Source of the DNA: Bilabrum cf. latius
Lineage: Eukaryota
Assembly (NCBI GenBank): GCA_965178125.1
Contig: OZ237769.1
Location: 124,001-188,000, forward strand
Direction: 5' to 3'
Length of the DNA stretch: 64,000 nt
Below, one piece after another: positions 48,886-58,838 of this stretch. Under the pieces are notes generated by a model. It saw only the letters and a program-made list of their open reading frames with translations, made no database searches and was not told the origin of the DNA. The stretch's first letter is position 1; the number at the start of each line of letters is the position of its first letter. Position numbers and translations under genes: made by a program.

Positions 48886-51678
48886 TTATGTTTTGATAAG
48901 ATACCCCACTACCAAGGAGGGAGGTGCCATCCGGAAAGGAGGCTCGGAGGAGCTTGTGCCAGTTACTGTGGTGACTCGGTGCCCGGAGTTGGGACCCGTG
49001 CCCGCGTTAGTAGCGAAATTGTGCCGGTGGTCCGGGAATTTGTCATATTGCAGGACGTTCGACCAACTTGTCCCGATCGTCCCCACCCCGATAACGCCAT
49101 TCAGAGCAGTAACTCCCTGGGCAGCCGCACCGTATGGATACTTCCCCCTGAGGTCTGGAACACTGAATTTGCCTTCATCTGATACTACAGCACGATCCGT
49201 GAAGGCATCGCCGATGACGGACCAGAGGGTGGGATACCCCGCCTTGGCCAGCACACGTCCGTCGCAAGGCAGCCACCCAACCGGCACGTTCGCAGGATCG
49301 CGCACGTCCGCTGCGTGCATCACGAGAGTCCCAGGAGGCACACTACCACCAGAGCCACTGCTGCCGCCACCCGAGCTGCCAGCACCAGAGAGCTACCCGG
49401 TGGACCCGTCAGACCCCACAAGAGCAGCGTTCCCCGCTACAGCACCCGATATTATTGCGTCATTCATGACCATTAGGTACTCGCTGCTCACAGCCAGCCC
49501 CACAATCTGTGCCCCAGGCTCTACCCCTTGTGCCTGTGTGACGACGGTGCCATCCCTCTGCCTCGCGTAGTATGCAGCATGAGGCGTCAAGGAGTGGTAG
49601 GGGTTGCGCAGTGCCCCTGTTACTGCGGCTTGGACCACGTTTCCAGATGCGAGGGCGTGGTTCTTGCCGTGGACACTATCGCCGCTCCGACTGAACCGAG
49701 TCACGCCAACCGCCACCGGCCCGGACTAGAGGAGACCCACGCGAGCATGGGATGCAACGCCCGTCGACGATCGGTGTATAGCCAGAACAGAGTCTGCCAT
49801 CGCTGGACTGCCGGCGAGACCCACTGCAAGCACATCAGTGCTCTGACGGCTATCCCCTACAGGAAGGGGGATTCCCATGGAGAGCTGGAGCTCCCCATCA
49901 GCCGTCGCCACCCCGTCCTACAGCACTGCGGCTGCAGATCCGTCCCGGTACGCAACCACGAAGCGATTGGGACGGGCGCACGCCTCATCCTCAGTGACTG
50001 AGCCGAACCCTCCCAGCTCGGGGCCGCAGGGGACAGAAGCCACGAAGACAGACAGGGCAGTCGGAACTGTGGATCCTGGGTGTATCACTACGGCTGCATG
50101 CAGCTTCACCTACCGTACTGTAGTGCCATTGATCGACATGCCTCGCAGCAGGAGTGCTTGGCCCTCTTCAAAGTCGCGATAGGCAAGCACAGCTTGTCCG
50201 GATCGCACCACGCCCAGGGCCATGTGCTCGTACCTGCTGCCACCCGGGATGGGTCCGCTGGAGGACGACTGCGGATTGAAGCCGTCTTGATCATTCAGTA
50301 CGAGCAGGGAAAATCGACCCTCCTTCGATGCGTCCCCTTGATAGGCGAGCAAGAAGGTATCGGTGGTTGGTCCCACCAGCGCAAGGAACCGGGCTGACTG
50401 CGCCTGCTCTATGACCAATGCAGTCGAAAATGATCGTGTGCTGCCGTCCGAAGGCCGCACTTGGAGCGAAAGGCCCACCAGAGCCCCGTCCTATGGATCC
50501 CGAGTCGCCACTACCATCATGATACGGTGGTTGCCACCGGTCGGTGCCGCAGGGCCTGAGGGCGATCTGGAAGCAACGACAACGTCTGTTGCATCCGTGC
50601 GAGACCCACCGTCTCCGAACGCAGATGCAGGCACGCTAGTGGTATTGACAGCAACCGTCGCAAGCTCGGTAGAGGACGCTGTAGACACCTTGAACACAGA
50701 CACCTACACAACGCCCTTGCCGCCAACGGGTGCCACCCAGGAGCACACAACGGCGTCAGCGGCCAGAGGTGCGCACGAAGGTCGTGCTGCGTTGTTCATA
50801 GTGGTACTAGTCGGGCTCAAATTGACGCTGGTCACCTCCTCTACGCCTCCAACACTGTGCCCGGAGCCTGGGCGAACTGGCTATGCGCGGAGGAGGGTAG
50901 CAGCGGGCTGCCCACTGGCACTGCCAAGCTTGGAATAGAACGCCAGTGCTCCATGCCCGCTCCACAGGGGTGCAACGCCCATGCGGGATAGATCTGCCGT
51001 TGCCATTTGGCTGGAGGCGCTTTGCAGGTCTAATCCGAAGCCAGGACTGGCATACCCGTCGATGCCCACGCTCATGGCGACCATTGGTGCAACGGAGGAA
51101 GCGTTTCTGCCACCAGGGCGCAGCGGGAGCCCGAGCGATACCTCTGGTCCAGAGCCGAGAACTTCAAAATCTCCGCCCACTCTCAGCCCGCCGGTCACCC
51201 CGAGCGAGCTGGACTAGAAAGGGGACGTGGGCTGCCTCGGTGAGATGCTGCCTGCAAGGCGAGCCACGTCGACATGGTCGGCGCCATCGCTCGTCGCGTC
51301 TAGGCCGCCAATGCGAAGGGCAATGTTATCTTCCAAATGGATTCCTACCTCCTCTGCGAAGTACGAGGCTTCCTGATCGTACGCCACTGCTGGTCGGAGG
51401 CCATCGCCCGTAAAACCTTCAGACAGCTATCGAGCCTATCTTTAGCTCGGAGATACACCCGATTCTGCTAGATTCGTACTATCGTGACCAATGTGAGACT
51501 TAAACGTCCGAAGCTCGGCCTCGACACGTTCGAGGCGTTCTAGAATGTCGCTACGCGACGGCTTGCACGTCTCGATTGTTGTAGCACTCCGACTCTCTAC
51601 GCTCGTGGCCGCCACAAAACACGCCATAGCAACACCTGCTGCTGCATAATATTTTCGGAATCGAGCAGAGTATCGCAT
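48886..51678 (-). CDS. Putative secreted protein with a C-terminal phage tail-collar (Collar/MdpB-like) domain, ~930 aa; contains one in-frame TAA at 51442
   Basis: Seven or more co-frame fragments; N-terminal hydrophobic stretch and short coiled coil; C-terminus VPPGTLVMHAA..VPVGWLPCDGR..YPTLWSVIG..FSVPDLRGKYPYG..PDHRH..PPSLVVGYLIKT-TAA. Confidence 0.75.
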
Positions 51679-51894
51679 AGTACGGCCCAGAGGATGCGAT
51701 TGAGAGGTACCGAGGAAAGGTCGTCAGAATTGGCCCGCTGGATGAAGAAGTCTGTAGGGCTGAATCTGATCGGATCCGATTGAATTCAAAGTTTCGGCTC
51801 AATACAAAAAGCGCGCTATTTCAGTGCGTTGGTTTCTTATAGGTTTCCTCATGAATAACAGCGGTGTGGGCAGTACCACACTATGTACTCATGG

Positions 51895-52107
51895 GTCAAG
51901 GGCCAGGGCAAGGGACAGGGCAAAGGCAAGAGCAAGGGCAAGGGAAGGGGTAGAGGTGGCAAGGGGCGCCTCCCTCCAGCCGTGCTCGAGCAAAGGCCAT
52001 GATTGCCGCCCAACGGCTCGTCACTGCGCAACAGAGGCAGCCAAATAAGCGCGCGGTAGACTACTAGCGTACTAGTAGTATTTGCCGCAGGTGGCGAGGG
52101 CCCTGGC
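51895..52107 (+). pseudogene. Degenerate duplicated fragment of the 3' part (~47780-47955) of the 42134..48160 gene
   Basis: Shares gggaaggggtagaggtggcaaggggcgcctccc.ccagccgtgctcgagca and gccgcaggtggcg; frameshifted into TGA. Confidence 0.75.
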
Positions 52108-52399
52108 CAACAGCGCTGTGTGACCAGCCAGAGTGGTGTGCTTGGCAGCGACGGTGGCGCTACGACAGCTGACCCAAGTGCTTTTCCCACTGCCAATGTG
52201 CAACTGTGCTGAATGTGTACAATGCCAGCCTGTCTGTTTGGTGACAAACTTTGGTCCGATCTCCGAGTCGTGGATTCGGAGCTGACTGTGGACGTTTGAT
52301 TGCCGACTCTCTCCAGTATTGGGCACTTTTTGAGTTGGTATCTCTACATTCCGATTGAGAGAAGTTTGTGTCATGTTGCACAGACTTACATCTAGTTGC

Positions 52400-55270
52400 A
52401 TGGAGGCTGATGCTTCCATACCAGTCGACTCTCTTCGGTACGATCGGCATGCAAAAGAGCTGCCACGCAGGTTCGTCTCAGCGGTTGCATTGAAAATCGA
52501 TCTGGATGCAGAGTTTGCTACCATCTCGGCAGCTGGAAATAGCCGACTGTCCCAATAGGTCGATACAGCAGCGTCTCAGATACTTAATCTCTGTTTGACT
52601 TCCAAGCTGACAGAAAAGGACATATCTCAAGTTCGTGACAGCGTCCACAACTTGAATGTTGAGCACAGCTACTATCTCTATTATTGTTTGCTGATAAAGC
52701 TGGTAGCGGGATATCAATAGGGATGGTCCAGACCTGCGTGCGATTGCATCGCTGCCGACCGGCATCTCCAGCGTAATGGCTAGGCTCTGCACAGCGTGAT
52801 TCAAGATTAGTACAGGAGCGCATGGAAAGAGGTTGTACATGACGTCCATGCTGACACTCCCCGATCGTGCGCTGACGTAACTTCTTGGAGGGCGTGCCGG
52901 GATCCCTCCGGCCCCGGTGGTGCTCGCTCGATGATCGCGATGGCCTGCGCTGTGGGCGCCCCGTACACTCTGCGGTCCATTTTCGAACACATGGACAACG
53001 TGGACATGCATGTCGATCTCATTGTGGCAAAGTGCATGGAGAAGGTTCCGTGCAGGCGACCGGTGCGTTCAGCCACGCTGGCCCGCATGGGCCGAGACTT
53101 TTCGAAAGCATCGAAAGCATTGCAAGCGGCAGCAACAGCTGCAGCTGAGATAACGGCTGCGGCTACGTCTGATACAAGCCCCGTGGCCCCGCCTTTCTAT
53201 ACCATCCGGGATGAAGGTGATGCTCAGGACGATCCACTGCCAGGCCTACTCCCCTGTGAGACCGTGCATCTACTGCCTGAAGTGCTCGCTGTCCGGAGCG
53301 GGTGCATCGACACGCTGTGGGCTCTAATGAAGCAAATATTTGCTGAATCTGCGCGTGCGAATCACAGGTGGAATTGCCTGCACGAAGCCGCGCACTGGGA
53401 CGACTTTGATGCCTTCGAGGTGCTGCTCAACCAGCGCAAGGATCCGCACGAGTCTATCCTCGGGGAAGACGGGCCGATCGTGCGGGCATGCAGGCAGGGC
53501 AGCGTACGGGTGCTGAGGTACGCGCTTTAGATCTTGGTCGATTATCCTGAACCCAGCCTTTCCACCCGTGCCGCCAGAAAGTCGGCCCCTACCCCTGAAC
53601 ATGACCAATTCGCAACGACGATCGAAGGACAGACCCTGATTGCCGCTCTGCAACAGGCGATCCTGTGGGCCAGACCCAAGTGCGCTGCGCTAGTGTTGCA
53701 GTGGAATAGTGGCTGCGTTCGTGAAGCAATGATGAGTCGAACAATGGCTGGGAATAGAACGCGAATGCATCGTCCCATGGCACCTCTGCCGACCGACAGC
53801 CGCTGGGGCCGAGCTGGGTGCTCGGAGGAGGCCAGAAAAGCATGCGTGCGGACCGTGCAGGTGCTGGGAAGATTCAGACTGCAGGAGCTGTCGACGTGTA
53901 TTGTGCACTTGCTGGCCGTCTAGCGCATGCACGGCGCTCTCCGGGCCCTGGCGTCGAACGTCGGAACAGGGCCCACTGTGCTGGAGGCTGCTGGCCTTTG
54001 GAAGGCGCGACCGAGGTCCATGCCCAAGCATGTGACTGGCTACCTGGGGAAGTTTCCCGCTCGATTTGGACGCTTGGGTGACACCAATACCGTGAAGAGC
54101 CTCAGCATGGCAATCGTGGAGGTTGCCATTGCTAGCCAGAGCCTGCCCGAGGAACTGCGAATGTCCTACCCCTCTGCGGACTTGAAGGAGTGCATGTAGG
54201 CATTGCTTAACCTATGCAATTCAGGTGGTCCAAGCTATCGAAGGCCTGGCGGCACCCTGATGCACCAAGCACACTTTGCCAGCAGGGACGAGAGAGGCAG
54301 GCCCGTGCCAATGTTCTACAATGGTGCGAGCAGGCAGGATGAACTGGCCTGGCTGTGCCGCTATTTGCGGGAGAGGACAAAGCAACTGCTCTCTCGTCCG
54401 CGTCAGAACACGATGGCACTTGTGGATGCACCGTCATTGCACCTGAATCACCACAGCTGGAAGGAGCTGGTGCAGGAAATGCTGTGTCAGCAGTTTGGCA
54501 TGGCGCCGTGCTCCTTGCATGTGGTGCACGAGGCAATCCGGTGCGGCTGCATTCCCATTGGGAATTCAGGCGGTCCGAGCACATTTCATACCGCTGATAG
54601 TCAATTCGCAAAGCCATCCATCGTGCGACGGACAGTGGTCTGCACTCTGCTTCTGGGCGGATGGTCCGTCGTGCCAAGGCATTATCACGCATGTCGACCG
54701 GACGACCCTAGATTCTGGCACAACTACACCCCCAATGTGCGCAAGCAGCAGGCCCTTGCCGACGCATGCAAACGCGAGGCATGGCGGGAGGCAGGGGCGC
54801 TACTGGCCGAGAACAAGACCGTTGCAGCGATGCGTGAGGCGGCAGGACCCACGACCACGTACAGACAGCAAGCGATGATCTAGTGGAGGGAAGCGGTGCG
54901 GGCCCGACGAGATTTGCAGGATGTATGGGGCATGGCGATCGGCTGGAGGCCGCTTGGCCTGGCACGGTGCATGCGGCCCAGGACGCGACAGGCGTGCCTT
55001 GCAGTGCGGGGCTGCTTGCCGCCTTCCGAGTCGGGGCATGGAGGAGGTCAGCTGAAGGCATCAAGAGTCAAGCGGCGAGGCGGCTGTACGCTGCTGATGG
55101 GGGCGGCTTTCACTGGCTCGGCCGAGTGCGTGGAGGTGCTGCTCGAGGCAGGCGCGGATGTGGGCGAGCTGGACGAGGAAGGCAAGGACGCTGCGTGGTG
55201 GGCGAGTCAGACGGCGAAGGGGGTTGGGAGGGCATCGGTGATGCGATTGCTGGGGTGTGCGGTGGAGTGA
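52400..55270 (+). CDS. Ankyrin-repeat protein, tandem paralog 1 (~956 aa)
   Basis: Co-frame fragments joined across TAG; LHEAAHWDDFDAFEVLL, GPIVRACRQGSVRVL, GCTLLMGAAFTGSAECVEVLLEAGADV..DEEGKDAAWWA; TGA stop; colinear with paralog 2. Confidence 0.85.
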
Positions 55271-55555
55271 GATGAGTGGTTAGTTGACTAGCGGCAGCGA
55301 GAGTGTCTGCACCTTTATGTGTGCTCCATTTATCGTATCGGTTGATTCTCTTGAGTTGGCGGTTGCAATATCTGCCGTGTTGGGTGCGGGGCCTTTGTTT
55401 TTTGACATTTTTCCAGTGGCCTGGGTAGGAAGATGAAGATTGGAAGGTCCACAGCCGAGAAGCTGCATTCATCCCTGCAAACTTGAGCTGCTGACTCTGC
55501 AGCGAGTATTGTTAATTATCAATACTTGCTCTACTAGTCCATTCCTTTCTGAGCC

Positions 55556-58477
55556 ATGTCCAGGTTGCCGATTGATACGCTTTTTGTAGAATAGCATGCA
55601 GCATCACTGCCTCGCAGCTTCATTGCAGCGATCGCATTGAAACTTGATCTTAAAGCAGAGTTGGCTATTATTGAGGCAGCTCGAAATAGCCGACTGTGTC
55701 AGCAAGTTGATCTGGCGGCATCTGAGATATGCAATTTGCCTTGGACTGTCAGACTGGATGACAAGGCAGTCTCACATATTCGTGATATCATCCACGGCTT
55801 GGACACGCATGGCTGTTTCTTTTTGAATTTTGCTTTGCTTGTGCGGTTGGCCGCTGGGTATCAAGAAGGCTGGTCGAAGCCTGCTTGCGACGCGCTTGCC
55901 GTCGATACCATACTACAGCAAAACGGTCGAGTAGTGCACAGCATGATACATGATTAGTACAAGAGGGCATTGACACGGTTTCGAGGCAAACGCATACCTC
56001 AAAGATGTGCTGACACGGCCTCCTGGAAGGCGTGCCGGGATCCCTCCGGCCCCGGTGGTGCTCGCTCGATGATCGCGATGGCCTGCGCTGTGGGCGCCCC
56101 GTACATTCTGCAGTCCATTTTCATACACATGGACAACTTAGGCATCCCCAAGCACGTCATTCGGGCAAAGTGCATGGAGAAGGTTCCGTGTAGGCGACCG
56201 GTGCGTTCAGCCACGCTGGCCCACCGACGTCGGGCAGCCGCTGCGACACTTGTTTTGGAGAATGCACAGGGAGCGGGAGGAGTACCATTGCTAACTGGGG
56301 CAGCGGCAGCAGTTGGTACTATTCCCACAGCCGGATGGGCCACTGGCGCAGGATCAACGATGCCACTTCATAGGGCAGTGGCGAATCAGTCATCTAGGGT
56401 GGACGTACCATTGCCTGGGCTACCGCACATGCAGCCTGTGCTGTGGACGCCTGAAGTGCTTGCCGTCCGGAGCGGGTGCTTCGACACGCTGTGGGCTCTA
56501 ATGGAGCTAGTAGGGCGTACGAAGGATACAGGGTACACGTGGAACGGCCTGCACGAAGCCGCGCACTGGGACGACGTCGATGCCTTCGAGGTGCTGCTCA
56601 ACCAGCGCAAGGATCCGCACGAGTCTATCCTCGGGGAAGACGGGCCGATCGCGCGGGCATGCAGGCAGGGCAGCGTACAGGTGCTGAAGCGATCTCTCCA
56701 ATACCTGGACGATTAGCCTAGGCTAACAATGAGGGAGAGTGCCGCCATGGCATCTTCAAGATAGGCCCCATACCTTCCTCCACACTAGATGAATCGCACG
56801 GAGTTGGGAAGGACGCTTCTGGATTCCGTCTGGAAAGCGACTCTGTGGGCTAGACCCCAGTGTGTCGCGCTCTTGGTGCAGTGGGATGAAGGCATCGCGT
56901 ATGATGCACTGAAGAGTGAATACAAGGATTACACCGAAGCGCGATGGGAACAGTTCATGGCACCTCTGCCGACCGACAGCCACTGGGGCCGAGCTGGGTG
57001 CTCGGAGGAGGCAAGGAGAGCATGCGTGCGGACCGTGCAGGTACTGGGGAGATTCAGACTGCAGGAGCTGTCGACGTGTATTGTGCACTTGCTGGCCGTC
57101 TAGCGCATGCACGGCGCTCTCCGGGCCCTGGCGTCGAACGTCGGAACAGGGCCTACTGTGCTGGGGGTCGCAAGCGGGTGGCAGGCGCGGCCAAAGTTTT
57201 TGCCAGATCATGTGCGATTGTAGTTGTCTTGCCTTCCAGCCTACTTTTGGCATGGAGATGAAATACATGCGGTGAAGAGTTTTGCGATGGCAATCGTGGA
57301 GGTTGCCATTGCTAGCAAGAGCCTGCCTGAGGAGCTACGAATGTCCTACCCCTCTGCGGACTTGAAACATTGCATGCGGGCGCTGCTCGACCTTGGGAAT
57401 GCAGGGGGCTCGCACTATCGAAACCCTGCTGGCACGGTGGACATGCAATCACACTTTCCCTGCAGAGACGAGAGCGGCAGGCCCGTGGCGATGAAGTTTA
57501 ATGGTGCGAGGAGGCAGGACGAGCTAGCCTGGTTATGCCGCTATTTGAGGGAGAGGACGAACCAACTGCTCTCTCGTCCAAATGGGCGCACCATGGCAAC
57601 AGGTGCATGTGCTGAGCCCCTGCAGCGCGAGTGGTGGAGAGAGCTGGTGGAGAAGTTGCTCAATGAAACACACGGCTTCACACCTTGCTCCTTGCATGTA
57701 TTGCACGAAGCACTCCGGTGTGGCTACGGCAATGCTGTGATTGACCATGGTTCTGAGTCAAGAAGTCCCCCTGCTGTGCCGCTGCCAGCTAAGCGATTGT
57801 CTCCCACGCAGCGGGCGGCAGTTAGCACCCTTCTCCTGTGTGGATGGCCACTGGCGCAGGCAAGTGATAGGGATCTTGATCCAAAGGATTAGCCTAAGCA
57901 TGACGAGCCTGAGTTCTGGCACAACTACACCCCTAATGTGCGCAAGCAGCAGGCACTTGCCGACGCATGCAAACGCGAGGCATGGCGGGAGGCAGGGGCG
58001 CTACTGGCTGAGAACAAGACCATCGCAGCGATGCGAGAAGCGGCAGGACCCACGACCACGTACAGACAGCAAGCGATGATCCAGTGGAGGGAAGCGGTGC
58101 GGGCCCGCAGGTACCTCGCAGAAGCGTGGGGCATGGCGATCGGCTGGAGGCCGCTTGGCCTGGCACGGTGCATGCGGCCCAGGACCCGACAGGCGTGCCT
58201 TGCAGTGCGGGGCTGCTTGCCGCCTTCCGAGTCAGGAGGGGGGCAGCCGAAGGCATCAAGAGTCAAGCGGCGGGGTGGCTGTACGCTGCTGATGGGGGCG
58301 GCTTTCACTGGCTCGGCCGAGTGCGTGAAGGTGCTGCTCGAGGCAGGCGCGGATGTGGGCGAGCTGGACGAGGAAGGCAAGGACGCTGCGTGGTGGGCGA
58401 GTCAGGCGGCGAAGGGGGTAGGGAGGGCGGCGGTGATGCGATTGCTGGGGGCAGCATCGCCTGATCCCGGCGTTTGA
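55556..58477 (+). CDS. Ankyrin-repeat protein, tandem paralog 2 (~973 aa)
   Basis: Same architecture as 52400..55270; ATG 55556 in frame; TGA 58475-58477. Confidence 0.85.
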
Positions 58478-58791
58478 TGTTGGTGCGCGAGGTGAAGCAT
58501 AGATACTTTGAGTGTATACCGGCTTAGGGTGCGCATCCCAGAGGGGTGTCTTTTCGTTCATGGCTGTGGCTGGGGGGGGTATCTCGGATGTCCCATTGGT
58601 CCGATCCGATCCGATCCTGCTCTCCACTCTGGGATCTGATCCGATATACCCGTACTCCGTATGGATACGTTTTACAGATTGACTGTCACTTGCACCTTAT
58701 TTCTAGGGCTAGCATTTCTTGACAAACATCGCAGAGCCTTGACCTTAACCTTTATAACTTATGCCCAACATCGGATCTAGACAATCCATGG

Positions 58792-58838
58792 ATGGATCAC
58801 TCCTCCCGCCCAAACCGCATGGATCACTCCTCCCGCCC
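58792..58838. repeat. 20-bp direct repeat at 27-bp spacing, overlapping the kinase stop codon
   Basis: atggatcactcctcccgccc at 58792 and 58819. Confidence 0.85.

Noticed and set aside
48886-51678. Prophage or endogenous virus
   Set aside because: Only one phage-like domain; no capsid, integrase, polymerase, packaging ATPase, terminal repeats or clear compositional shift.
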